A stretch of 58,187 bases of DNA from Candidatus Woesearchaeota archaeon. Lineage in GTDB: Archaea; Nanobdellota; Nanobdellia; SCGC-AAA011-G17; JACPNG01. The notes beneath the pieces were generated by a model. That model was not told where the DNA came from and ran no database searches. It saw nothing but the letters and a program-made list of their open reading frames with translations. Position 1 is the stretch's first letter; each line of letters starts with the position of its first letter. The DNA is taken from positions 1 through 58,187 of the forward strand of contig CAYUGZ010000003.1 in assembly GCA_964444465.1 (NCBI GenBank), in the 5' to 3' direction. A program made the position numbers and the translations under genes. This document shows, piece by piece, positions 19,724 to 29,680 of the stretch.

Positions 19724-22111
19724 ATGGCAGAAAACATTCAAACAAAATTAATTGAAAATGAAATGAAAGAAGCATATGTAGATTATGCTATGTCTGTTAT
19801 AATTGGTAGAGCACTTCCTGATGTAAGAGATGGATTAAAACCAGTTCATAGAAGAATTTTATATTCTATGTTAAGAGATAATCTAAAACATGACAAACCA
19901 TTTAGAAAAAGTGCTACTACAGTTGGATCGGTTATAGGAAAGTTTCATCCTCATGGAGACCAAGCAGTATATGATTCTTTAGTTAGAATGGCTCAAGATT
20001 TTTCTTTAAGATACCCTTTAATAAGTGGACATGGAAATTTTGGAAGCACTGAATTTGAAGCAGCCGCATATAGATATACTGAAGCAAGATTATCAAGAAT
20101 AGCTGAAGAATTATTAGAAGATATCGATAAAGACACAATAGACTTTGTTCCTAATTTTGATAACAATACTAAAGAACCTACTGTTTTGCCTGGAAAATTA
20201 CCAAATCTATTGATTAATGGGTCCAGTGGAATTGCAGTAGGAATGACTACAAATATGCCTCCACATAACATAACAGAAGTTATAGATGCAACAATTGCTT
20301 TAGTAGATAATCAACATATGACAATAGATGAATTAATGAACCATATTAAAGGTCCAGATTTTCCTACTGGGGGAATTATTTTAGGGAAAAATGGAATTCT
20401 AGAAGCATATAAAACAGGAAGAGGAAAAATGATTATTAGAGGAAAAACAGAAATAAAAGATTCTAAAATTATCATAACTGAAATTCCTTATCAATTGAAC
20501 AAATCATACTTAATAGAAGATATAGCATATTTAGTTAAAGAAAAAAGAGTTGAAGGAATAAGTGATGTAAGGGATGAAAGTGATAAATCTGGGATGTCTA
20601 TAGTTGTAGAGACTAAGAAAGGATCCAATCCCGAATTAATATTAAATCAATTGTATAAATATACAAATTTACAAACAAGTTTTGGGATCATTAATATTGC
20701 TTTAATAGATAATCAACCTAAATTAATGAATTTAAAAGAAATAATAATACATTACATAGACCATAGAAAAAATGTTGTTACAAGAAGAACTAAATATGAA
20801 CTAGAAAAAGCAGAACAAAGATTACATTTATTAGAAGGATTAAAAATAGCATTAAATGACATTGATAAAGTTATAAATTTAATAAAACAAAGTAATGATC
20901 CTTCAACAGCAAAAAAATCTTTAATTTCTAATTTTGATCTAACAGAAATTCAATCTAATGCCATTTTAGAGATGAGACTACAAAGATTAACAAATTTAGA
21001 ACAGACTAAAATAAAAGATGAAATATTAACTCTTACAAATTTAATCAAAGAATTAAAAGGAATATTATCTTCAGGTGAAAGAGTTTCCTCAATAATAAAA
21101 GATGAATTAACAGATTTAAAAAATAAATATTCAGATGAAAGAAAAACACAAATAAATGATATAGAACAAATAATAGAAAATGAAGATTTGATAAAAGAAG
21201 AAGATATTGTTATAACAGTTACCCATTCAGGATACATAAAACAAACTCCTTTAGAATTGTATAAACAACAAAGAAGAGGAGGAAAAGGGATAAGAGCTAC
21301 AGCAACAAAAGAAGATGATGAAATACAAAATTTGTTTATAACAAGAAATCATAATTATTTATTATTCTTTACAAATAAAGGAAGGATACATTGGTTAAAA
21401 GCATTTATGGTTCCTCAATCAAATAGATATTCTAAAGGAAAAGCGATTGTTAATCTATTAAATTTAAAAGATGAAAAGATTAGTGCAATTTTACCTATAG
21501 AAAAATTTGATGATCAACATTATTTATTATTTGTTACAAAAAATGGATTGATTAAAAAAACTAGTTTAAAACAGTATAGCAAACCTAGAAAAGCTGGAAT
21601 TAATGCTATTAATTTAAAAGGAAATGATGAATTAATTCAAGTAAGATTAACTCCAGGGGTTTTAGAGTTTATAGTAGCTACAAAAAAAGGATTAGCTATG
21701 CGTTTTAATGAAAAAGATATTAGGTCTTCAGGGAGAAATTCATCTGGAGTTAGAGGTATCAGATTAATTGATGATGAAGTTATAGGGATTGAAGTTGGGT
21801 TGCCAAATGCTTCTTTATTAACTGTTACTGAAAATGGTTTTGGAAAAAGAACAAGTATAGATAACTATAGACTAATAAAAAGAGGAGGAAAAGGGGTTAG
21901 AAATATAATTTGTGATGAAAGAAATGGTAATGTTATAGGAATTAAAACAATAAAAGATGAAGATGAAGTTATGTTAATAAGTAAACAAGGAATCGTTATA
22001 AGGATTCCCGCTAAAGACATCTCTAAAGTAGGTAGAAACACTAAAGGTGTAAGATTAATGAGAATGAATGATGATAAAGTTATAAGTATAGCTAGAGTTG
22101 TTATTAATTAA
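19724..22111 (+). CDS. gyrA: DNA gyrase subunit A
   Basis: DGLKPVHRRILY, active-site AAAYRYTEARL, C-terminal beta-pinwheel repeats including GGKG-containing motifs. Confidence 0.95.
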   Translation: MAENIQTKLIENEMKEAYVDYAMSVIIGRALPDVRDGLKPVHRRILYSMLRDNLKHDKPFRKSATTVGSVIGKFHPHGDQAVYDSLVRMAQDFSLRYPLISGHGNFGSTEFEAAAYRYTEARLSRIAEELLEDIDKDTIDFVPNFDNNTKEPTVLPGKLPNLLINGSSGIAVGMTTNMPPHNITEVIDATIALVDNQHMTIDELMNHIKGPDFPTGGIILGKNGILEAYKTGRGKMIIRGKTEIKDSKIIITEIPYQLNKSYLIEDIAYLVKEKRVEGISDVRDESDKSGMSIVVETKKGSNPELILNQLYKYTNLQTSFGIINIALIDNQPKLMNLKEIIIHYIDHRKNVVTRRTKYELEKAEQRLHLLEGLKIALNDIDKVINLIKQSNDPSTAKKSLISNFDLTEIQSNAILEMRLQRLTNLEQTKIKDEILTLTNLIKELKGILSSGERVSSIIKDELTDLKNKYSDERKTQINDIEQIIENEDLIKEEDIVITVTHSGYIKQTPLELYKQQRRGGKGIRATATKEDDEIQNLFITRNHNYLLFFTNKGRIHWLKAFMVPQSNRYSKGKAIVNLLNLKDEKISAILPIEKFDDQHYLLFVTKNGLIKKTSLKQYSKPRKAGINAINLKGNDELIQVRLTPGVLEFIVATKKGLAMRFNEKDIRSSGRNSSGVRGIRLIDDEVIGIEVGLPNASLLTVTENGFGKRTSIDNYRLIKRGGKGVRNIICDERNGNVIGIKTIKDEDEVMLISKQGIVIRIPAKDISKVGRNTKGVRLMRMNDDKVISIARVVIN

Positions 22112-22114
22112 TAT

Positions 22115-23356
22115 TTATTTTATTATAGTTCCATAACCAATTAATCTAAATCTTGATCCCAATAATCTAGAGATAGTTATTCTATCTTTTTTATCTGCAC
22201 ACACTGGAACTTTTAATTTAATACTAATCTTATTTTTGCTAATATTGTTAACAACACCTACAGTTGCTGCTGAATTAACATTTAACATTAGAGTTTCTCC
22301 TTTTTTTATTGGGTCAACTATTAATTCATCTTTAGCCCCTACTACCCTATCTAATAAGTTTGGTTCTAAATCAAATTCATACCATATATCTGGAAGTTTT
22401 CCTTCTAACCCTACAACAGATCCAATTAATGAATCAGCTTTAACTATACTTGGATCTAATTTAGTTGACACTCCAATAGAACCTCCAGGTTTGATCTCTT
22501 TTACACTAGAATTTCCTGTTATCAATGATTTTATAGATGTAAACAAAGGTTGCCATGTTGTTTTTCCTTCCCTTTCTGTTCTTAGCCCAGGTCTAATCTC
22601 GATTTTATCATTAATTTTCAATTTTCCTTGTTTTAATGCGCCTCCTAAAACTCCTCCATCTAAATCATTTATTTCAGTTCCGGGTTTGTTTACATCAAAA
22701 CTTCTAGCAACAAACATTAATGGACTTTTTTTGTCATCTCTTTTTGGAGTAGGAAAATTTTCTTGTATAACTGTTATTAAAACATCAATATTTACATTTT
22801 GTTGGGCAGAAATTGGAATTATAGGTGCTTTTTCTGCAATAGTTCCTTTTACAAATGATTTAATTTGTTTGTAATTTTCTTCTGCTTCTTCTTCAGATAC
22901 TAAATCTATTTTATTTTGAACTATGATAATATTTTTTATTCCTATTATATTTAAAGCCATTAAATGTTCTTTTGTTTGTGGTTGAGGACAAGGTTCATTA
23001 GCTGCTATTAATAATAAAGCAGCATCCATTATAGCAGCTCCTGATAACATAGTAGCCATTAAAGTTTCGTGACCTGGAGCATCAATAAAAGAAATTTTTC
23101 TTACTAATTCAGCTTTAGTACTTTTAGGGATGTTTTGTTTTGTTTTATAAGGAAAATCTTTAGAATCTGTTTTATATATCTCAGTATCAGCATAACCTAA
23201 TCTTATGGTTATGCCTCTCTTTAACTCTTCACTATGGGTATCTGTAAATCTTCCAGTTAACCTACTAACTAAAGTAGTCTTTCCATGATCAACATGTCCT
23301 ATTAATCCTATGTTTAACTCAGGTTGTAAGGATTCTTCTTTCTTCTTTCTAGGCAT
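22115..23356 (-). CDS. eif2g: translation initiation factor 2 subunit gamma (aIF2-gamma)
   Basis: GHVDHGKTTL, DAPGHE, NKIDL; the zinc-knuckle segment lacks all Cys. Confidence 0.9.
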   Translation of the reverse strand: MPRKKKEESLQPELNIGLIGHVDHGKTTLVSRLTGRFTDTHSEELKRGITIRLGYADTEIYKTDSKDFPYKTKQNIPKSTKAELVRKISFIDAPGHETLMATMLSGAAIMDAALLLIAANEPCPQPQTKEHLMALNIIGIKNIIIVQNKIDLVSEEEAEENYKQIKSFVKGTIAEKAPIIPISAQQNVNIDVLITVIQENFPTPKRDDKKSPLMFVARSFDVNKPGTEINDLDGGVLGGALKQGKLKINDKIEIRPGLRTEREGKTTWQPLFTSIKSLITGNSSVKEIKPGGSIGVSTKLDPSIVKADSLIGSVVGLEGKLPDIWYEFDLEPNLLDRVVGAKDELIVDPIKKGETLMLNVNSAATVGVVNNISKNKISIKLKVPVCADKKDRITISRLLGSRFRLIGYGTIIK

Positions 23357-23410
23357 AATACTTTATAATAAGTTTAATTTTTAAGCTTTTTGTATTATTT
23401 AAAATTAGAA

Positions 23411-23725
23411 TTATTTCTTTTCAAATCTATCTTTATCTCTTCCATAACATTTATCCATTACTTTTTTGAAAGATTCATCTAAACTAATCTTTTTAGAATT
23501 GGCCAAACAACATAATGTAAAGATAATATCTGCCACCTCCATTCCTAATTCTTTAGTTTCTTCTTCTGATTTTTTCTTTTTAGGGCCATGGATATGATTT
23601 ATTTCTCTAGCTAATTCTCCAATTTCTTCAATTAACCTAGCTAGAATTTCATGTGGTTGCCAATAAGGAATTTTATATTGACTAGTCCAATCATCAACTT
23701 GTTTTTGTACATCATTTAATGTCAT
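23411..23725 (-). CDS. MazG-like nucleotide pyrophosphohydrolase
   Basis: EEIGELAREI...ELGMEVADIIFTLCCLAN four-helix MazG pattern. Confidence 0.7.
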   Translation of the reverse strand: MTLNDVQKQVDDWTSQYKIPYWQPHEILARLIEEIGELAREINHIHGPKKKKSEEETKELGMEVADIIFTLCCLANSKKISLDESFKKVMDKCYGRDKDRFEKK

Positions 23726-23763
23726 GTTAAATTCAATTCTTCTTTTATTATAAATTTTATTGT

Positions 23764-24081
23764 CTAAGAGTATTCAGGATCTAATCCTACCATAATTCTA
23801 CTATGTTCTTCTATAAATTCTACATCACTTAACCTAAAATATTCTTTTTTTCTATTTCCATTTGGGTTTCTTAAAGGATTCTCTTTAGAATCTTCTCTAT
23901 ATTGCCAACAAGCCATCTCTCTATCACATAATATATCTAAACGCCAATTTATACTTCCATGAATTAATTCTTTATCTTCTTCCTTAATCTTGCCTAATAA
24001 TTCTTCTCCAATCTCTTCTACAATTTTACCTTTTTTAGGGTGTAATAGCTTATAGATATCTATACATTTTATTTCAGTCAT
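23764..24081 (-). CDS. hypothetical protein
   Basis: 105-codon ORF; no motif. Confidence 0.4.
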   Translation of the reverse strand: MTEIKCIDIYKLLHPKKGKIVEEIGEELLGKIKEEDKELIHGSINWRLDILCDREMACWQYREDSKENPLRNPNGNRKKEYFRLSDVEFIEEHSRIMVGLDPEYS

Positions 24082-24127
24082 ATATTTAGTTAGTAAAGAA
24101 ATTAATAAAATTATTTATTTAAAATTT

Positions 24128-24448
24128 TTAAAATAATTTTTTAAGTAAAGGGACTTTTTGTCTACCATTAAGAATTAATTGACTTCCTTTTCTAACAACA
24201 TCAATATGAACTAAATTGTTTATAACTAAATCATTTCCAGCCAATAAATAGTTAACTCTAAAGTTATCTAAGTTAACTTTGTCAACTTTTTTATATTCTA
24301 ATATTTGTTTTGGTGCTTTAGTCTTTAAATGAGGATCATTAAGATCATATAAAGCAATGAAACAAGGTCTAAGCATGTCATCTCTATCTTTAGCTTTTTT
24401 ATCTCTCTTCATTCTCCCTATGATTATACTTTTAACTTTGTGTTTCAT
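24128..24448 (-). CDS. hypothetical basic protein
   Basis: 106-codon ORF overlapping the rps6e stop by 17 nt. Confidence 0.4.
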   Translation of the reverse strand: MKHKVKSIIIGRMKRDKKAKDRDDMLRPCFIALYDLNDPHLKTKAPKQILEYKKVDKVNLDNFRVNYLLAGNDLVINNLVHIDVVRKGSQLILNGRQKVPLLKKLF

Positions 24449-24839
24449 TTTTCTCTTCCTTCTCTTCCTTAAGTTTAAACACTTCTTCTAATTTTTTTTG
24501 GCCTTGTTTTGTAATTTTTAAATTTATTTGTTTTATAGATGAATTAATAATAGATCCTCTTATTGTTTTTCTTTTTCTCATACCCTTCCTCTTAGAATTA
24601 ATTCCTACACCTTTAGCTAATAATGCTTTTTTTGTAGCACTGCTCTCAAAGTCTTTTCTCATTGGAATCCCTGTTTTATTTGAACCACCAGTTATCTCTA
24701 ATTCATATCCATCTAATCCAAGAGGATTTCCTTGTAGTTTTTCTCCTATTTTCTTATTATCAAATATATCTAGGTTAATAGCTTTAGAATAACTTTTTCC
24801 TGTTTTAGGATCATTAATAACTAATTTAAATTCTGACAT
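24432..24839 (-). CDS. rps6e: 30S ribosomal protein S6e
   Basis: KLVINDPKTGKSY...GYELEITGGSNKTGIPMR. Confidence 0.85.
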   Translation of the reverse strand: MSEFKLVINDPKTGKSYSKAINLDIFDNKKIGEKLQGNPLGLDGYELEITGGSNKTGIPMRKDFESSATKKALLAKGVGINSKRKGMRKRKTIRGSIINSSIKQINLKITKQGQKKLEEVFKLKEEKEEKNETQS

Positions 24840-24840
24840 T

Positions 24841-26556
24841 TTATATTCCCCAAAGTTGGTTATCTTTTCTCTTGATTTGTGCTATTTCTTTCATTAAATC
24901 GATTTCAGCCCTATTTAAATATTTTGTTAATTTTTTTAACTCAACAAAGTCTTTTTCGGGTATGTCTGAATATAATATATCCTCTTCCATTATTTGTCTA
25001 CCTACAATAACTTTAGGCAAAGATATAGCTACTTGTTTTCCAGAACTTACTTCATTAACATTCTCTTTTTCATGCTGAATACTCTTAACTATAGCTACTT
25101 GTTTACCCTCTTTCATTAATGGAGTGTTAGTTTTTAGTATTCCTATTAATACATCTGCCCCAATAATAGCAGGATTGCTTTGTCTAAACACATAACCTTG
25201 CATTAATTTTAATTTACAAGGTCTAACTAAATTTTCTAATTCTTTAGCTTCTAATGATTTTCTTGCTTTTTCTATCCATGATTCAAAATCATCTATTATC
25301 TTATAGATAACATCACTATGTATAATTTTTACATCAGACTTTAAATCATGTTTAACATTAAATGCCAATATAACTTTGTTTAATGGATCTTTTTCAGCTG
25401 TAGCATCAGATACATCTTTTTTTGATATATTCCCTATAGATGCTCTTTTTATCTTAACATCTCTAGATCTTAATAAAGAAACTAATGCCTCTAATGATCC
25501 TAATGAATCTGCTTTTAATACAATTCCTTCTTTATCCGTCTCAATTAAAACTTCTTGGATTTCTTTTTGGATTTCTTTTTTTATAGTTGAATAATTTTTA
25601 TCAGTTACAACTCTTATAGGCATTCCTGCAATTGAATCTCCTAAATTTGGTGCAAAGATTTTAACAGCAGAAGCAGCACTTACCTCTTTAATTTGTTTTA
25701 ATTTATTTTTTTCTGTAATAAATAAAGATCTTATTTTAGTTTCTATAGGCTTATCTACATCCCCAATGATTATTTGATCATTTATTTTTAACAATCCATC
25801 ATAGATTACTACATCTATTGTAGTTCCTAATCCTTTCTCATCTTTTACCTCTAAAATAGTTCCTTTAGCACTTCCTTTTACTTCAGATTTTAAGGAATCT
25901 TCTAAATATTTTTGTGCCAATCCAGTTATGACCATTAACAATTCTGGCAATCCTTCAGTTGTCTTAGCGGAACAAGGAATCATTGCTATTTGTTTAGTAT
26001 AATCTTCAATTCTATCAAATCTTTCTGTTTTTATATCTAGATTATACAACTCTCCTAATATCTCATATAGTCTATTGTCTAATTTTTCTTTTGTTGTATC
26101 TGATTGAGAATTAATATTTTGAATTAAAAATGTTTTTTTAGATTGCCATCCAGGAATCTTATCAACTTTATTTAAAGCAATAACAAAAGGAGTCTTATAC
26201 TGTTTTAAAATTTCAATAGCCTCTAATGTTTGGGGCTTCAACCCTTCATTAATATCTATAACTAATATTGCTATATCTGCTAAATTTCCCCCTCTTTTTC
26301 TTAAGTTTGTAAAAGCTTCATGTCCTGGAGTATCAATCATCAACAATCCAGGAATGTTTAATTTTAAGTTTAGTTGATCTAATAATGTTCCACATATCTT
26401 TCTTATGTTCTCAAAGGGAACGTCAACAGCAGAAATTTTTTGGGTTATCAAACCAGCTTCATGTTTAGTTATAGAGATCTCTCTAATCCTTTCTATTATA
26501 CTTGATTTACCATGATCTACATGGCCAACTAATACAATTATAGGCTGCCTTATCAT
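24841..26556 (-). CDS. infB: translation initiation factor aIF5B (IF-2 homologue)
   Basis: [30 protein letters not shown] plus C-terminal beta-barrel domains. Confidence 0.9.
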   Translation of the reverse strand: MIRQPIIVLVGHVDHGKSSIIERIREISITKHEAGLITQKISAVDVPFENIRKICGTLLDQLNLKLNIPGLLMIDTPGHEAFTNLRKRGGNLADIAILVIDINEGLKPQTLEAIEILKQYKTPFVIALNKVDKIPGWQSKKTFLIQNINSQSDTTKEKLDNRLYEILGELYNLDIKTERFDRIEDYTKQIAMIPCSAKTTEGLPELLMVITGLAQKYLEDSLKSEVKGSAKGTILEVKDEKGLGTTIDVVIYDGLLKINDQIIIGDVDKPIETKIRSLFITEKNKLKQIKEVSAASAVKIFAPNLGDSIAGMPIRVVTDKNYSTIKKEIQKEIQEVLIETDKEGIVLKADSLGSLEALVSLLRSRDVKIKRASIGNISKKDVSDATAEKDPLNKVILAFNVKHDLKSDVKIIHSDVIYKIIDDFESWIEKARKSLEAKELENLVRPCKLKLMQGYVFRQSNPAIIGADVLIGILKTNTPLMKEGKQVAIVKSIQHEKENVNEVSSGKQVAISLPKVIVGRQIMEEDILYSDIPEKDFVELKKLTKYLNRAEIDLMKEIAQIKRKDNQLWGI

Positions 26557-26620
26557 TTTTTATAGATCTCATTTTAACTTTAAAAATCATTCGTTTAGAT
26601 AGTTATTTAAATATATTTAA

Positions 26621-26956
26621 ATGTGTCTTGAAATGACATGGAGATATAAATTATTTGGAATACCAGGAGATGTTGATGAATTCTTAGATAAAATTAAAGA
26701 AATAAAAGAACCAGTAACTATGAAATTAGATCTCTCTCCTTATCCACTTGAAAAAGGATTTAGTGAATGTGAAGAAGTAATAGGAACCATCCATTTATCT
26801 TGTAGGAAGATTACTTATTCACCTAATATAATTAGTTCAACTAACCATTCCTTGGGGGAATATCTATTGATACAAGCTGCTAATGAATTAGAAGATGAAT
26901 TGGTAGGAAAAGGTGTTGAATTAGAAGTTTTCAAAGATATATTTACTCTCTCTTAA
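26621..26956 (+). CDS. hypothetical protein
   Basis: 111-codon ORF; no motif. Confidence 0.35.
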   Translation: MCLEMTWRYKLFGIPGDVDEFLDKIKEIKEPVTMKLDLSPYPLEKGFSECEEVIGTIHLSCRKITYSPNIISSTNHSLGEYLLIQAANELEDELVGKGVELEVFKDIFTLS

Positions 26957-27019
26957 ATAAAATTAATTTTTATAACCCTTCAAAGTTAAATTTAAATAAG
27001 AGAATTATCTCTTTAAATC

Positions 27020-28393
27020 ATGAAAATAAAAAAATTTGATGTAATTGTTATTGGTGCTGGTTCTGGATTAACAATATCTTCAAGGGCAGAGTCCAAAGGA
27101 TTGAAGGTAGCAATTGTTGAAAAAAGTTCTTTTGGTGGAACTTGTTTGAATAGAGGATGTATTCCTTCTAAAATGTTAATCCATAGTGCAGATGTAATTG
27201 AAACTATTAACAAAGCACATGAATTTGGTGTTAATGCAAAAATTGTAAAAATAGATTGGAATAAAATACAAAAAAGAGTATGGAATGAAATTGATCCAGA
27301 TGCTAAATCTATAGAAGAAGGAAATAAAGAATCTAAAAATATAACTGTGTATAAAGAAGAGGGTAAGTTTATTGATGATAAAACACTAAAAGTTGGAAAT
27401 GAACAAATTACAGCTAAAAAGATTTTTATTTGTGCAGGTACAAGGCCTACAATCCCTAAAATTAAAGGTATAGAAAAAATTCCTTACGTGACATCTGACG
27501 AAGTTTTGGGATTAAAAAAACAACCAAAAAGTATGATTATTATAGGTGGAGGATATATTGGGATGGAATTAGGACATTTCTATTCTTCCATTGGTACAAA
27601 GGTTGTATCTGTTAATAGAGGGGATAAATTATTAAGAAGAGAAGATGAAGAAATTTCGTCTGCATTTACAAAAATAGTTTCTAAAAAATACAATGTTATG
27701 TTCAACACTAATATAATTGGAGTTTCTAAAAAAGATGATAAAGTAGAAATGGAAGTTGAACAAAATGGAAAAAAGAAAAAATTAATAGCTGAAGTATTAT
27801 TATTAGCTACTGGAAGAGTTCCAAACACAGATATTCTAGATGTTAAAAAAACAAATGTTAAAATAAATGAAAAAGGCTACGTTAAAGTTAATGGTTACAT
27901 GGAAACAAATGTTAAGGATATATGGGCAATTGGAGATATAGCAGGAGTTTATTTATTCAAACATTCAGCAAATTTAGAGGCAGCTTATGTTGCATTTAAT
28001 GCTTTTAATCCAAATAAAAAAGTTAAAGTAAATTATCTAGCTATGCCTCATGCTATTTTTACTTCACCGCAAATAGCTGGAGTTGGTTATAAAGAACAAG
28101 AACTTAAAGAAAAAAACATCCCTTATGTAAAGGGAAGATATGATTATATTAACACAGGAATGGGAAAAGCAATAGAAGATAAAGATGGATTTGTGAAAGT
28201 ATTAGTAGATCCAAAAACTAAAACTATTTTAGGGTGCCATATATTAGGAACTGAAGCCTCTACATTAATACATGAGGTTATTGTATCAATGAAATCAAAA
28301 TTGGGAATAAAGGGAATAAATGACGCTATCCATATTCATCCTGCTCTTCCAGAAGTAGTACAAAGAGCTTTTGCTAATATAAACTGGAATTAA
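27020..28393 (+). CDS. class I pyridine nucleotide-disulfide oxidoreductase (dihydrolipoamide dehydrogenase/glutathione reductase-like)
   Basis: FAD motif VIVIGAGSG, redox-active GGTCLNRGCIPSK, NAD motif IIGGGYIG, C-terminal HIHPALPE. Confidence 0.8.
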   Translation: MKIKKFDVIVIGAGSGLTISSRAESKGLKVAIVEKSSFGGTCLNRGCIPSKMLIHSADVIETINKAHEFGVNAKIVKIDWNKIQKRVWNEIDPDAKSIEEGNKESKNITVYKEEGKFIDDKTLKVGNEQITAKKIFICAGTRPTIPKIKGIEKIPYVTSDEVLGLKKQPKSMIIIGGGYIGMELGHFYSSIGTKVVSVNRGDKLLRREDEEISSAFTKIVSKKYNVMFNTNIIGVSKKDDKVEMEVEQNGKKKKLIAEVLLLATGRVPNTDILDVKKTNVKINEKGYVKVNGYMETNVKDIWAIGDIAGVYLFKHSANLEAAYVAFNAFNPNKKVKVNYLAMPHAIFTSPQIAGVGYKEQELKEKNIPYVKGRYDYINTGMGKAIEDKDGFVKVLVDPKTKTILGCHILGTEASTLIHEVIVSMKSKLGIKGINDAIHIHPALPEVVQRAFANINWN

Positions 28394-28683
28394 ATCTTAT
28401 TTGATTTTACTAAATTTAAATTATTAAATACAGGTTCTTCTTCACAAACAGGGTATAAAAAATCAACAAACTTTCTTACATGTACAGAATTTTCATGAGA
28501 TTTTTTTGCCATATCATCTTTAAATGTTATAAAATGTACAAAAGAAATATCTTCTTCTTGAAAAGCATTATAACTTAAAACTCCTGGTTCATTTTTTACT
28601 TCAGTAACAAATTCCTCAATAGCTTTTTTAACTTCTTCTAGATTATCTTTCTTTACTTTATACTTTACTCTAATACTTATCAT
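28390..28683 (-). CDS. ABM (antibiotic biosynthesis monooxygenase-like) domain protein
   Basis: 97-aa ferredoxin-like pattern (ISIRVKYKVK..., FKDDMAKKSHENSVHV). Confidence 0.5.
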   Translation of the reverse strand: MISIRVKYKVKKDNLEEVKKAIEEFVTEVKNEPGVLSYNAFQEEDISFVHFITFKDDMAKKSHENSVHVRKFVDFLYPVCEEEPVFNNLNLVKSNKI

Positions 28684-28740
28684 AAATTTAAGAATGAGAT
28701 AAAATATAAAAACCTTTCTTTAGAATAAAAAAGAAAAAAT

Positions 28741-28757
28741 GGGAGCATAGTGCTCCC
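28741..28757 (-). terminator. hairpin plus T-run downstream of the small basic-protein gene
   Basis: GGGAGCA-tag-TGCTCCC perfect 7-bp stem; on the minus strand it is followed by ATTTTTTCTTTTTTATTC. Confidence 0.4.
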
Positions 28758-28779
28758 AAAAGAGTCAGCAAGAAGAGAA

Positions 28780-28893
28780 TTATCTTCTTTTCTTAACTTT
28801 TCTCTTTGCAACTTTTCTTTTAGTTACTCTTTTAGCAACTGTTCTTTTTGCTGCTTTCTTAGCAACTTTTCTTTTTGCTTTTCTTTGAGCCAT
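28780..28893 (-). CDS. 37-aa extremely basic KRKVAK-repeat protein
   Basis: MAQRKAKRKVAKKAAKRTVAKRVTKRKVAKRKVKKRR; GGAGGAAAA Shine-Dalgarno before the ATG; terminator-like hairpin after the stop; below the ORF-track cut-off. Confidence 0.45.
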   Translation of the reverse strand: MAQRKAKRKVAKKAAKRTVAKRVTKRKVAKRKVKKRR

Positions 28894-29340
28894 TTTTCCT
28901 CCGTATGGGATATAGCTATCTCTAGGGAATATAGTTTCGTACAAACCCTAGAATTAACTAAATATAATTTCAACCAGGAAATAAACATAAGTTTATTTGA
29001 GTTGAAATCACAAGCAATGTTTTGCAACATCACTTTATAAACACCCTAAAAATTTAAGGTGTTTAATTGTTAATTCGTTTGTTTTATTGGTATTTAAATG
29101 TTTTGTTTTTTAACTTTGCCGATATAAATAAAAAAAATCAATTTTGTCGTCGATAAATAAAATTTAAAATAAATTTATTTTTTAAATTATTTTATTACAA
29201 ATAAAAAATATTGAAAATAATTCATAAATTAAAAAATTAAAAAATTTTAATCGAACAAGATTCTACACAAATTTAGAATAGGAAAAATTTAAAAAGGGTA
29301 TTTTAACATACATAATATAACCAATGATACGAGGTAAAAA

Positions 29341-29679
29341 ATGGATGTTTCAAAAGAATTGCAAGATAAAGTTTTAGAAATTATTGAGATAGCTAAAACT
29401 ACAGGTAAAGTAAGAAAGGGAACTAATGAGACTACTAAAGCTGTTGAAAGAGGTATAGCTAAAATAGTCATAGTAGCTAAAGATGTTAATCCTAAAGAAG
29501 TTATAATGCATATTGAACCTTTATGTAAAGAAAAAGAAGTTCCTTGCATTAACGTAGATAAAAGAGAAGATTTAGGAACAGCTGCTGGATTGGCAAGACC
29601 ATCATCTTCTGTAGCTGTAGTTAATGAAGGAGAAGCTAAAGATCAATTAAAACAAGTTCTTAGTGAATTAAAGAAATAA
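29341..29679 (+). CDS. rpl7ae: 50S ribosomal protein L7Ae
   Basis: VRKGTNETTKAVERGIAKIVIVAKDV motif. Confidence 0.9.
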   Translation: MDVSKELQDKVLEIIEIAKTTGKVRKGTNETTKAVERGIAKIVIVAKDVNPKEVIMHIEPLCKEKEVPCINVDKREDLGTAAGLARPSSSVAVVNEGEAKDQLKQVLSELKK

Positions 29680-29680
29680 A

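Noticed and set aside
22236-22874. 212-aa plus-strand ORF, together with many similar track ORFs: 704-1036, 1043-1234, 1850-2074, 2484-2837, 3363-3593, 6329-6565, 10856-11104, 11156-11344, 15905-16099, 17216-17509, 19993-20271, 20950-21237, 24872-25078, 25376-25594, 27013-27213, 27580-27828, 29289-29549, 30418-30639, 34559-34789, 37386-37616, 39263-39478, 39590-39964, 41093-41320, 42122-42361, 43164-43391, 45341-45637, 45743-45928, 48786-49115, 54514-54762
   Set aside because: All lie antisense to, or out of frame within, well-supported genes. Their translations have the Ser/Leu/Phe/Ile-rich composition typical of shadow ORFs in AT-rich DNA.
28750-29040. 96-aa plus-strand ORF and the 69-aa minus-strand ORF 28824-29033
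   Set aside because: These are low-complexity shadows of the KRKVAK-repeat micro-ORF and of the intergenic hairpin region. The 37-codon minus-strand ORF with a Shine-Dalgarno and a terminator explains the signal better.
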